NCBI RefSeq assembly: GCF_018977255.1
Contig: NW_024704742.1
Coordinates: 134,356,001 to 134,420,000, forward strand
DNA from: Callorhinchus milii
Lineage: Eukaryota
Reading direction: 5' to 3'
DNA: 64,000 nt
Positions 1 to 12,597 of this stretch are shown here, piece by piece. A model generated the notes under the pieces. The model was not told the DNA's origin. It worked only from the letters and a program-made list of their open reading frames with translations, and searched no databases. The stretch's first letter is position 1, and the number at the start of each line of letters is the position of its first letter. Position numbers and translations under genes: made by a program.

Positions 1-922
1 AAGATGACACCCAACTCTATTTTTCCACCTCACTTTGCGACCCTCCAGTCCCCTGATGTTCTGTCTGGATGAGCGCAAATTTCCTTCAGCTGAACGTTGA
101 CAAGACGGAAGCCATACTCTTTGACTCTCGTCAACGTCTAAAGTCTCACGGCTCTCACCTCCTCCACCTACCTGCTCCCCCCTAAAACTCTCCAAACCCA
201 TAGGCAACCTAGGCATCAGGTTCGACCCCCAATTATCCTTCCTCCCCACATCTGGTCCCTCACCAGCACCTCTTTCTTCCACCTCCGACACATCTCCCAT
301 CTCCACCAATAACTCTCCCCAAAAGCCGCTGAAACCCTGGTTTCACACCTCCATGCCTTTGTCACCTCTCGGCTGGACTACTCAAATGCCCTCCTCACCG
401 GTCTCCCATCCACCACCATCCATAAAATCCAAATCATTCAAAACTCTGCGTCCGCATTCTCACCCGCACAAAACTCCGCTCCCCGATCATCCCAGTCCTT
501 GCCAGACTGCACTGGCTGCCTATCCCAGAGAGGATCGACTTCAAGCTCCTCACCTTAGTATTCAAGTCGCTGCACTCCTCTGCACCCCCCTACCTCTCTG
601 ACCTCCTCTCTCCTCAAAACAGTACCCGTTGTCTTCGTTCCTCTGGGTCTGGCCTCCTCCTCGTCCCCCGAGTCCTCCACTCCACCCTCGGCGGCCGTAC
701 CTTCAGCCACTATGCCCCGAGACTCTGGTACTGCCTTCCGCACTCCCTTTACCTCACCCCCTCCCTTCCTATTTTCAGGTCTCTGCTGAAGACCTTACTT
801 TTCGACCGCGCCTTTGCTCACCTTCCTCCCCCTCTCCCTGACTCGGTCCCGGGATTCGTTACTGTGAAGCGCTCTGAGATGCCGTCCGGCGTGGAGGGCG
901 CTATATAAATCCAAATTGTTGT
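1..922 (+). mobile_element. L2-clade LINE 3' fragment (decayed ORF2 end plus 3' tail)
   Basis: Frameshifted L2 ORF2 C-terminal motifs ([25 protein letters not shown]); ends ...GGCGCTATATAAATCCAAATTGTTGTT. Confidence 0.85.
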
Positions 923-2500
923 TCTCTCCTGATAACTGAAGTCCCTCATTCCTGGTACCATCCTGGTAAATCTCCATTGCACCCTCTCCAATGCCTTGCC
1001 ATCCTTCCTAAAGTGTGGTGCCCAGAACTGACCACAGTCTCTCGCTGAGGCCTAACCAGTTTTTATAAAGGTTCATCATAACTTTCTGACTTTTGTATTC
1101 TATGCCCCTATTTATAAAGCCTAATTTCCGTATGCGTTTTTTTAACAGCTTTATCTACCTGTCCGGCCACCTTCAAAGATTTACTTATATGAACCGTTCA
1201 GGTCTCTCTGTTCCTTCACCCACTTTAAGACTGTACCATCAGCTTATATTGCCTCTCCTCATTCTTCCTCTAAAAATGCATCACTTCGCATTTCTCCACA
1301 TTAAACTTCATCTGCCACGTGTCTGCCCATTTTACCAGTCTGTCTACGTCCATTTACAGTCTGCTACTATCCTCCTCACTGGTTACTACTTTTCCCAGCT
1401 TAGTATCATCTGCAATCTTAGAAATTGTACTCCCTATACCCAAGTCCAGGTCATTTATATAGATAAAAGGAACAGCAATGGTCCCAATACTGAGCCCTGG
1501 GGGACACCACTACACACTTCCCTCCAGTCAGAAAAATAACCGTTCACCACCACTCTCTATTTTCTGTCTCCCAGCCAGTTCTGTATCCATGCCACCACTG
1601 TTGCTTTAATACTGTGGGCTTTTATTTTGCTTTCAAGTCTCTTATGTGATACTTTGTCAAACGTCTTTTGAAAATCCATATAAACTACAACAACTGCACT
1701 TCCTTCATCCACCTTCCCTGTTACTTCATCAAAATCTCTATCAGGTTTGTTAGACATGATTTGCCTTTAACAAATCCGTGTTGGCTGGCCTTCATTAACA
1801 AATATTTTTCTTGAAAAATGAAAATTTATTTTGTCCCTGATTATAGTCTCTAGAAGTTTCTCCACTACTGACATTAGGCTGACTGGTCTGTTGTTCCCGG
1901 GTTTATCCTTCTGCCCTTTTTTATACATGGGAGTAAAATTCGCAACCCTCCAGTCCTCTGGCACCACCCCGGTGTCCAATGAGGATTGAAAGATTGTGGC
2001 TTGAGTCTCCGTTATTTCCACCCTTACTTTCCTCAGTAACCTAGGATGAGTCCCATCTGGACCTGGTGACTTATCTATCTTAAGCACCGATGACCTATTT
2101 GGTACCTTCTCTCGGTTTATTCTTATCCTATCCAATTTCTCTACCCTCTCCTCCGATATTGTGGCATTGGCTGCATAGTCTTCTTTTGTGAGGACAGATG
2201 CAAAGTGTTCATTCAGTACGGCAGCCATGCCCTCTACCTTCACAAGAAGAATTCCTCTTTGGTCCCTAATTGGACCCACCCTGCCTTTGACTAACCTTTT
2301 ATGTCATACGCTAATCTTTTCTCATACAACCTCTTTGCCCTCTTATTTCCTTTTTCAGATCTCTTTTGTAGTTTCTATATTCTATTTGATTTCTTCTGTA
2401 TTTTGGATTTGACATTTATCATAAAGCTCCTTTTTCTGTTTTCTTTTAATCCCAATTTCCTTGGATGCCCTAACTTTCCCCTTTGTGGGAATGTATTTGT
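923..2500 (-). mobile_element. CR1 LINE fragment (decayed reverse transcriptase)
   Basis: ORFs 1767..2279 (KSPGPDG..HPRLL..SLDTGVVPEDWRVAN..KKG.KDKPGN.RPVSL) and 1557..1757 (VYMDFQKTFDKVSH) are CR1 RT motifs. Confidence 0.9.
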
Positions 2501-2504
2501 AAAC

Positions 2505-3160
2505 TCTCTGAACCCATGCGCAACTTAGGCGTCAGGTTTGATCCCCAGTTATCCTTCCTACTTGACCAGCACCACTTTTTTCCACCTCCGCCACATCGCC
2601 AGTCTCCGACAATACCTCATCCCAAAAGCTGCCTTTGTCACCTCTCAGCTGGAATACTCTAACTCCCTTCTCTCCGGGCTCCCCTCCTCCACTATTAACA
2701 AAATCCAACTCATTCAAAACTCTGCCACCCACATTCTCACCCGTACCAAACTCCGCACCCCGATTACTCTAGTCCTTGTCAAACTCCACTGACTCCCGGT
2801 CACGGAGCGGATCGACTTCAAGATCCTCACTCTGGTGTTTAAATCCCTCCATTCCTTGCCCCTCTTTCCTCTCTAACCTCCTCTCTCCCCACAGCAGTAC
2901 CCACTGCCTCCGGGCTCCTCCATGTCCCCCGAATCCTCCGTTCCACCATCAGCCACTACGCCCTGAAACTTTAGAACTCTCTCCTTCAACCTCTTCGCTT
3001 CACCCCCTCCTTCCCCATCTTCAGGTTGCGCCTGAAGACCTTCCTCTTCGACCACGCTTACGGTCACCTTCCCCCTGGCCTCGTGTTCTGCCATTGTTAA
3101 ATGCTCTGAGACGCCGCCCAGCATAGAGGGCACTATATAAGTGCAAGTTATTGTTGTATT
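2505..3160 (+). mobile_element. L2 LINE 3' fragment
   Basis: ORF 2538..2792 L2 motifs (FFHLRHI, LEYSNSLL, IQNSA); tail GGCACTATATAAGTGCAAGTTATTGTTG. Confidence 0.8.
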
Positions 3161-3164
3161 TGTT

Positions 3165-4745
3165 CTGTCCCCAAACTGTCTCCTCCACCATCTGTTACCT
3201 CGACTTCCTCCCCACCAACTTGCTGGTCACCCAGCTCCCCCTCCTCTGCCCACTACTGGATGATGTCATCAACCAATCCCTCTCCTCTGGATCAGTCCCT
3301 GCTCCTCTCAAAACTTCTGTCATCACCCCCTCCTGAAAAAAACCCTCCCTAGATTCCTCAAACCCCAGCCACTACCGCTATATTTCTAACCTGCCCTTCC
3401 TCTCAAAGGTCCCAGAACGCATTGTTGCAAATCAACTCCGCGCACTCTCCTCCCACTCCCTCTTCAAACCCCTCCAGTCCGGTTTCCGCCCTGCCCACAG
3501 TACAGAGAATTCGCTTATGAAAGTCACAAACGACATCCTCTCTATCTGTGACCAGGGCTCCCTCTGCCTCCTGGATCTTTCCTCCATGTCGATCACTCCA
3601 TCCTCCTCCACCACCTTTCCTCCATCATCCACCTCAGTGGGACCGCACTCGCCTGGTTCGAGTCCTACCTCATAAACCACCTGCAGTACATCTGCGCAAA
3701 CGGCTTCTCCTCCCGCTCTCACCCGGTTATCTGCAGGGTACCCCAAGGATCCATCCTTGGCCCCCTCCTCTTTCTGATCTACATGCTCCCTCTTGGGGAT
3801 GTCAACCGCAGACATGGGCTACACTTCCACATGTATGCGGACAACACCCAACTCTATTTGCAATTCCTCCAGTTCCCTGATGTTCTGTCAGCATGCCTGT
3901 CAGACCTCAGGAGTTGGATGAGCGCAAATTTTCCTTCAGCTGAACGTTGACAAGATGGAAGCCATACTCTTTGGCTCCGTCAACATCTAAAATCACACGG
4001 TTCTCACCTCCTCCACCTACCCGACCTCCCCCTAAAACTCTGTGAACCCGTATGCAACCTAAGCATCAGGTTCAACCCCCAATTATCCTTCCTCCCCCAC
4101 ATCTGGTCCCTCACCAGCATCACTTTCTTTCACTTCCGAAACATTGCCCGTCTCCGCCAATACCTCACTCCAAAAGCCGCTGAAACCCTGGTCCATGCCT
4201 TTGTCACCTCTCGGCTGGACTACTCAAATGCCCTCCTCGCCGGTCTCCCCTCCACTACCATCCATAACATCCAGGTCATACAAAACTCTGCAGCCCACAT
4301 TCTTACTCGCACCAAACTCCGCTCCCAATCACCCCAGTCCTTGCCAGACTGCACTGGCTGCCTATCCAAGAGAGGATCGACTTCATGGTCCTCACCCTTG
4401 TCTTCAAATCCCTCCACTCCTCTGCACCCCCCCTACCTCTCTGACGTCCTCTCTCCTCCTCTCCACTGGATCTGGCCTCCTCCTCGTTCCCCGAGTCCTC
4501 CACTCCACCCTCGGCGGCCGTGTCTTCAGCCACTATGCCCCGAGACTCTGGAACTGCCTTCCTCACTCCCTTCGCCTCGCTCCCTCTCTTCCTTTTCAGG
4601 TCTTGGCTGAAGACGTTTCTTTTCGACTGCGCCTTTGATCACCTTCCTCACCCTTCCACTGGCTCGGCCCCGGGATCCATTACTGTGAAGCGCTCTGAGA
4701 TGCCGTCAGGTGTGGAGGGCACTATATAAATCCAAGTTGTTGTTG
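3165..4745 (+). mobile_element. L2 LINE fragment (RT region to 3' tail, internally deleted)
   Basis: L2 RT remnants (PQGSILGPLLF, YADNTQLY); 3835-4745 closely parallels 1-922. Confidence 0.85.
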
Positions 4746-5624
4746 AAGGCTTCCCATTGCTCATTAGCTGTTTTACCTGCCAATCTATCTTTCCAATGCA
4801 CCTTAGCTAGGTCTCTTTTTAACTCACTTAAATTAGCCCTCTTCCAGTTGAGTATCTTCACCTTTAATTGTTCCAGCTGGACAATCAGCTTCAGGTGGAC
4901 ATTAAAAATCCCATGGCACTATACGAAAAGAGAAAAGAGTTTCTCATGGTGTCCCGACCAACAATCCCTTAGATTAAAATTGGTCACTTGCTTCATGGCT
5001 GTTTGTGGAACATTGCAGTCTGTTTGCCTCCCACAGCGAAAGACACTGTATCAAATGGAAGGATTATTATGATTATTATAAGTGAGTTCTTTTTCCTGTT
5101 TTTTTTAATCTTATGTTAGTTACCAGGGAATTATTTGTGGATGTATTAGTGTCTGCACTCATCCAGTGAAGGCAGTGACTGAAGTTTATTGGGTACAGTT
5201 TTGTGAGTTCCAATAAATCTCCAATACCTGCCCGGTTGGTCATTCCGCAAGAGAGAACCTGGAGACCTTGGCCCTTGCCAACCCGCACCTAATGTTTTGT
5301 GGAATTAGGTGAACAGGGAATGGCACATTCCGTTCCGACAATCTATCTCTGGAATTTCGGTACTCAGGTGAGATGCATGGAATTCTCAGTCTGGTTTGGA
5401 GACTCTTAATCACGGTGCCAGATATCTGGCTGACCCCAATAAAAGAGAAACAAGCTAGTTGACGGCTGACGATATAAATCTTATTAAGAGATATTGTTGA
5501 GCTTGGAGAAGGCTAACAAGTTACCGACATGGTGGCAGCATGCATTTCCTTTAATTTTTTGACATAAGCACCTTGGGACATCCTCTCGATGTGAAGGGCG
5601 TTAAATAAACCTAAATTGGGATTG

Positions 5625-6290
5625 TTCTCAGAGAAGGTTAAGGGCAGATTTAATAGATGTATTCAAAAATTATGAGGGGTTTTGATAGATTAGATGGGGA
5701 GAAATTGTTTCCACTGGCTGGTGGGTCAGTTACCAGGGCACATAGATTTAAGATAATTGGCAAAAGAACTAGCGGGGAGATGAGGAGAATTGTTTTTTTT
5801 TACACCGGCAGTTGTTATGGTCTGGAATGCACTGCCTGAAAAGGTGGTGGAAACAGATTCAATTACAACTTTCAAAAGGGAATTAGATAGGTACTTGAAA
5901 AGGAAAAAGCAGGGGTATGGGGAAAGAGCGGTGGAGTGGGATTGATTGGGTAGCTCAAAGAACTGGCTCGGAAATATTACACCTCCTTCTGTGCTGTAAT
6001 ATTCTATGTATTTAAAATTATATAATAATAATAATCCTTTAAAGAGGCCATTTGGCCTATCGTGTCTGTGCCGGCTCTTTGAAAGAGCTGTCCAAATTAA
6101 TCCCACTCTCCCGCTCTGTCCCCATAGCCCTACAAATTTGTCCTCCTCAAGTATCTATCTACTTCTTGCTTGAAAGTTGTCATCGAATCGGCCTCCACCA
6201 CCCTTTCAGGCTGTTCCTTCACCCCCTTTAAGATTGTACCATCTAGCTTATATTGCTTATTTGCCTCTCCGCATTCTTCCTTCCAAAATG
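5625..6290. mobile_element. two CR1 3'-end fragments in opposite orientation
   Basis: + copy about 5625-6010 (KIMRGFDRLDGEKLFPL, WNALPEKVV); - copy about 6040-6290. Confidence 0.75.
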
Positions 6291-6582
6291 CATGGGTTTC
6301 GAGATGGGCTTTGAAGGAGGCAAAGGAGGGGACGAGGCAAAGGGACTATAGGGCTTCAAAGTGTGGGAGCAGAAAGGCTGAAGGTCCGACCGTCAATGGT
6401 GAGGCAGGCCAGGCGGGGGACGTGGAACAGGCCGGAGCCCACGGAGCGGGGGGAACGGACAAGTTTGTATGGTGTTAGCAAATCATAGGGGGAGGGAGGA
6501 GCAAGGCTGTGAAGGGCTTTGAAGGCGAGGATTTTTAATTCTATTCTGTGGGGTATGGGGAGCCAGTGGAGCCAGGCAAAGA

Positions 6583-6930
6583 TAATAATAATAATAATCC
6601 TTGCATTTGATATAGCGTCTTATCACGTTTTCTAGACGTCTCAAAGTGCTTCACAGAATATACTGTGAAGTTAGTCGACTGTATACTTGTGGGTGAAACA
6701 CGGCAGCCAAATGTGCACAGCAGTAACCCACACACCGTTGTTGATTGAGGGACCAAATTATTATTTTTTTTGAAGGATTATTATCCCTGAAAAAGCGATC
6801 TGTCAATCGACTAACAACCGGGTTCCTACTTACTGCTAGGTAAACAGAAGCGTGTGGAGTAAGGAAACTTGCCAACATTTTGCCCTGCCGGGAATTGAAC
6901 CCAGGTCTCTCGCTTGCGAGTGCTCCAACT
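6583..6930 (-). mobile_element. tRNA-derived SINE (long subfamily), inserted in an L2 fragment
   Basis: (AAT)n plus L2-like tail, Deu-like core and partial tRNA head; L2 sequence on both sides. Confidence 0.8.
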
Positions 6931-7911
6931 ACTGACTCCAGATGGGAGTGATGGGGTCACGGAGCCTGATGCGGGTGAGGACACGAGCTTGTGGAGGGAA
7001 GAGTTGTGGAGGCCGACAAGCAGGAAATTAGAGTAGTCAAGCCTAGATGTGTTGAATGCTTGGATGAGGGTCTTGGCGGCCTGAGGGATGAGGCAACGGT
7101 GGAGCCGGGCAATGTTGCAGAGGTGGGGGAAGGCAGAGTGGATCATGGCACAGAGTGATAGAAAGGACAGTTGAGGGTCAAGCAAGACTCAAGATTCTGT
7201 ACTTCTGTAGAGAGGTGTAGAGTGCATCCATGGATGGTGATGCTGTCATACACATATGCAACTCTCAGTCTGGGTTGGATACTCTTGAAGCACGGTGATG
7301 GGTTTCCACGTGGCTGACCGGAAAAAAAAACCTTGAAAACGTGGTGCGTCTGACTTTCTCTGCTCGCAGTCCCATTGTGCAACACTCATCGAATCCTGCT
7401 GATTCTCTGTTTATTCAGAAATGAAGAAAGTTCGCTTTTTTTTTGTGTGTATGTGTGTGTGCATTTGGCTCACCTTCCAATCGCCCTTTCCGATTGCTCA
7501 TCGAGGTCACATCAGAACAGTGTAGTACAGGCAGCTAACCAGTGGGTCAGCAGTCTCAGGCCTGTCAGCTTGTGATCAGAACGAATGCCACAGCACTTAT
7601 CTCCGAAAACAAAATTGTTTAAACAGATGCCTCCCCTTGCTGATAAAAGGTAGAACATGTCCTGGTGTATGCACACACTGGGTTATCTTTCTGTTATTAA
7701 AAAAAAGGAGCGGGTGGGCGGGAAGACAGACAGGCAGGTCAACGGTTTGCAGAACACAATGTATTGAAGTCATTACCTCACCTTTACCGTTGGGATCCAG
7801 TTGACCACATAAAAATACCCCTTGCACTTGATATAGAGCCTTATCACGTCGTTCAGACGTCTCAAAGCTCTTCATAGAATGAACTGTAAAGTGGATTACC
7901 TGTGTATTTTG

Positions 7912-8198
7912 TAATAATAAATAATAATAATAATAATCCTTGCATTTGATATAGCGCTTTTCACTGTAAAGTATATTTGTGCGCGAACGCGGCAGCCAAT
8001 TGCACACAGCAATGTCCCACAAACAGTCGTAGATTGAAAATGACCAATTTATTATTGTTTTTGGTTTTTGGAGGGATTATTATTAGGCTCTGTGTGGAGT
8101 AAGGAAACTTGCCCAAGGTTTCGCCCTCTGCCTGGAATTGAACTCAGGTCTCTCACTTTGCACGGCAAGTGCTCTAACTACTGAGCTACAGGACTCCA
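7912..8198 (-). mobile_element. tRNA-derived SINE, young short subfamily
   Basis: Highly similar to 9308-9604 and 19945-20268. Confidence 0.85.
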
Positions 8199-9307
8199 CA
8201 GAGGAGTCTCTGGCTGCCGCATTTTGTAGGCGAAATGCGGCAGCCAATTGCGTACAGCAGTGTCCCACAAACATTCATGGATTGGGTGACCAATTGTTTG
8301 ATTGATTGATCGATTGAAGGGATTATTACCCCCGGAACGCGATCCATCAATTGACTAACAGCCGGGTTCCTACTTACTGCTAAGTATCAGATAGTAAACA
8401 CATGGATATATCAACAAAAGGGAAATTCTTACTCATCCTGAAATCCTATACCCTTACTCCCTTTTTATAATTCCCCAGAGAAGTTTTTTAATAGTTCCGT
8501 CAAGAGCGGACAGTTGCAAGCAAATGAAAGTGCTCTGAACTGAATATTGCATATGTTAGTTGCAAGGTTGACCTACTAACCTACACAAAAAAAACACTAC
8601 TGATCAAAGGCGGGCAGATTGTCCCTTTAAATACTCCAAAAGCACAAGAGAGATTGCACATTAGTGCAAGCAGCATCTGAATTCCAGTGAACCTTTATTT
8701 TTTTGCCTCTCGGTGTGTGTTTGTGTCACAATGTTTTAAGAGCATAGCAGAGCAGTTACAAAGAAAGCTATCTGAGAGAGCAAACATGAACCGCCAAAGC
8801 TCCCTGTACTGCTTGTTTGCTCATTCAAAATACTGATCTGTATCGCGCTCCTTATCTGAGTTCCTTTTACCGGGAACTAAGACCTGGGTCTCATTAGTGA
8901 GGGCCTCCTCAGTTTCACCGTTAAACGAAGGTCCCGTCTGTGCCCGGTCAGGCAGACATTAAAGATCCGCTTTGCTATTCGAAAAGAGAAAGGAGTTTCT
9001 CCCTCCCTGCGTCCTTGGCAACAATCCTCCCAGAAAAAATTAGCCACGTCCTGGCTGTTTGAGGGGAGATTGCTGTGCGCAACTGGCTGCTGCATTTGCA
9101 CACAAAATATACAGTTAATCCACTTTTCAGTAGAAATAATAAGAAATAATCCTCATGTACGTCAGGAGGATATCCCAAAGTGCTTCACACAATGCACTGT
9201 AAAGTGTAGTGACTGTGTGTTTGTGTAGGTGAATACGGCAGCCAATTTGCACACAGCAATGTCCCACAAACAGCCATGAAGTGAATGACCAATTATTTTA
9301 TTATACA

Positions 9308-9604
9308 GTGGAGTCCTGTAGCTCAGTGGTTAGAGCACTCGCTTTGCAAGCGAGAGACCTGAGTTCAATTCCAGGCAGAGGGCGAAACCTTGGGCAAGTT
9401 TCCTTACTCCACACAGAGCCTAATAATAGTCCCTCCAAAACCAAAAACAATAATAAATTGGTCATTTCCAATCTACGACTGTTTGTGGGACATTGCTGTG
9501 CGCAATTGGCTGCCGCGTTCGCCCACAAATATACAGTCAATTCACTTTACAGTGTGTTCTGTGAAGCACTTTGGGACGTCCTCCCAACGTGAAAAGCGCT
9601 ATAT
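9308..9604 (+). mobile_element. tRNA-derived SINE, young short subfamily
   Basis: Head GTGGAGTCCTGTAGCTCAGTGGTTAGAGCACTCGCTTTGCAAGCGAGAGACCTGAGTTCAATTCC (A/B boxes, Ala-like anticodon arm), core and L2-like tail. Confidence 0.88.
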
Positions 9605-12094
9605 TTGGTGTAGGGCCTTTTCACCTTGTTGAGACGTCTCAAAGCGCTTCATAGAATATATTGTAAAGTATACTGTATACTCCGCTGGCGAAACGCGGTA
9701 GCCAGTTGCGCATGGCAGTGTCCCATAAACAGTGGTGGATTGCGCAACTAAATGAATTATTTAGCCCTTCAATTATTTTGAAGGGATTATTACCCCTGAA
9801 AAGGGATCTGCCTTTTGATCGACAACCAAGTCCCTATGTATTTCTCTTCAGAGAGAGGATGGCCTTGGTGTGACTATTTTCACTTCACTCTGAACAAAGT
9901 CTTACTTGTTACGTTATCCTTTTATGCGGCTGGTCGCTTAGGCAGGCTCCTGCCTCTGTTACTCTTTAACTCTTAACCAGGGTTCAAAGTTCTGTTTGAT
10001 GAATGATTCCACAAGCGGAGAACATGTCCTCGTGCTAATCTAGATGGCTGACAGGAGCCAGCACAGGAGCCAAGCTTTCAACGGCCGAGACAACAAGCAA
10101 AGCCCGGCCTCGCAGACAAAACCCACGCACTATTTCACTCTTTCCTCACTCATCCTCCACGCCATCGTTTTCAGAGGTGGCGTCTTTTTCTTTTGGTCAG
10201 CCGGATGTCTGACGCATGCGGAAACCCATCACCGTTGCTTAAGAGTATCCAAACCAAACTGAGAATTCCATCCATCCCTACACATGGAAATCCCAGAGAT
10301 AGGTTGTTGGAATGGAATGCGCTCTCTCACCCTGGAGGGACGCATCCTGCTCACCTAATTCCAGAAAGTATTAGATACAGGTTGTCAGTAGCAAGACTTG
10401 GGGACCCACGTGACCCGTTAGGGCTTTGGCTAATGATTAGGTACCATATCAAATGCAAGGATTATTATTATAAGATCTTTCGGATAGTTGAAACACTGAA
10501 CTTTGGATCCAGAGATTATAGGATTGAAGTCCAGGGACCTCATTCATTACATTACTCCTCACAGCTAATGATATATAATATAATAACATATAATAATATA
10601 TTATATTATAATGAGTGAGTCTATGATGCATCCACCTTGGTCGAGCTGTTGAAGGCAATTTGGCTGTGTGGACAGTTTGCCTAGCAAAGCCGAGCAGGTT
10701 AACATCTCTTCCAAATCGTCACCTTGTGCCAAGGAATCATCCCACTCAACTCCTGTTAACCCTGCAACCCAAAGCACTAACAAATAGGATGGCCCTAGCT
10801 GGACAAACAGCAGGAAAACTTGCCAGACAGTAATATCAATGACAAGTTATGTGGTTTTAGATGGTTAGGCTCCAGCAGTTACCCCAACGCACACTCTGGG
10901 GTCCCCATCCCCCAAAGGATAGATTTCGAAATCCTTGTCTCCAATGCCTTCAATGCCTTCCACGGCCTTGCCCTTTCCTACCTCTGTGCCCTGCTAACCC
11001 CATGTCAACTGCTCCCTCTGCCCAGCGGGATCTGGCCTGCTCCAAAGGCACAGTCGAAGAGGAAGTTCTTGAGACGCGATTTGAAGATGGGTAAGAGGGG
11101 ACAAGGCGGAGGGATTGAGGGAGAGTATTCCAGAGTTTCAAAGCATAGTGGCTGAAAGTGAGGACACCAATGGTGGAACGGAGGGCACAAAGGACATGCA
11201 GGAGGTCAGAGCCAGTCGAGCGGAGGAGACGGTTAGTGGATTGGGGAGTCATCATGCCCCTAAGACAAAGGGCCTGCATCTCTAAGTTTACGAGTCCTTG
11301 TGGATCTTGGATTAAAGATCCATCTGAACAGAGCTCATTCAAACCAATTCCTCCAGACAGTGCCTGACAATCACCACAAACATCGGTCCTGTTGCCCTCC
11401 GCCCCCACCCCGTCCCTTTGCTTAAAATAAAATGATCACTTGGCAGGCTATTCATATATATTATTAAATATATATGACAACTTTAAGATGAAAATTATGC
11501 AGTGATGTTCTAATTAATAATACTAATAACTATCCTTGCATTTGGCACTTCGTTCAGACTTCTCAAAACGCTTCACAGAATACAGAAGAGGCAATTATCC
11601 CCGGAAAGTGATCCACCAATCGACTAACAACCAGGTTCCTTCATACTGCTTGGTAAACTGACGCGTGTGGAGTTAGGAAACTTGCCTAAGGTTTCGCGCT
11701 GCCCAGGAATCGAACCTGGGTCCTCTCGCTTGCGAGGTGAGTGCGCTAACCTTTACGCTATGGGACTTCACATTCAGTTAATTAACATAATTAATTAACC
11801 CCTTGTAATTAATCCAAGCGTCTTCATATGACAGACAATTCCTCCAGTCAATAACGGAAGAGACTGACTGTTCTATGGGCATGATGCCTCCTCCCGTCCA
11901 ACACCCCCACAATGGTTAGGTCTGAAGCTGGCCAGTGGCACCCATGGGACCCGGCAGCCACAGATGATGGCACTGGGCTACCTGGAGTGGTGAAAATCAT
12001 ATCATATCCCACTAAACAGTGCTCCATTGCCATGACTCACAAATAAATCCAATAATTCTTGCAAGTGGACTTCACACCCGAAATTCTGACTGAC

Positions 12095-12200
12095 TTGCAG
12101 GAGGGATGGGGAGGACATTGTCAACGGGGTGGCATTTAACTTCGGTAATTAACATCAGCAATAATGCACATATCAGAGGCCACATTTGTAACTCCATCAT
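12095..12200 (-). CDS. putative signal-peptide exon of an unidentified secreted precursor (speculative)
   Basis: Kozak GCCCACCATGATGG; MMELQMWPLICALLLMLITEVKC|HPVDNVLPIPPA; phase-1 donor A|GTCAGT. Confidence 0.25.
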
Positions 12201-12597
12201 GGTGGGCAAGGCCTCTCCTGTCAATGCAGCACTGGGTTTGAGGCTCTCAAGGCCACACCAGGACTGGAAGTCAATGTCCTGAAGTCTCCATAGTTGCGTC
12301 ATGTAACTCCCTGTAGATCCATCCCGGACTCCCTCCGACTCACCCACTACTTCACCTCTTTCTCCAACTCAAGATCGACCTCGGGAATCTTTCCCTTTCC
12401 CTCCCGCTTCTTGGCAACCAGCTCCAGTCGGGGTGCCAAGCCAGGATGGTGAAGTGCTTTGGGACAGCATCCCGATGTGAAAAGCGCCGTATGTAAATTT
12501 GTATTGGAATTTTTATTATAATACGTCAGCCCATGGTTCAGACTGTCCTGCCCCTGAGGGTGAAGCGAGTGCAATGAATAACAATTTGCTCCCTCTT

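Noticed and set aside
353..4729. Many 60-170 aa ORFs in the ORF track
   Set aside because: They are frameshifted L2/CR1 fragments or their antisense frames; there is no intact retrotransposon ORF.
9308..9385. tRNA-Ala(UGC)-like gene
   Set aside because: It lacks a proper acceptor stem, runs straight into the SINE body and recurs in many copies, so it is a SINE head.
1..10636. Urotensin-II or somatostatin mature-peptide exon (CFWKYC / FWKT) to complete the candidate precursor
   Set aside because: No matching codons were found on the minus strand, so no gene name was assigned.
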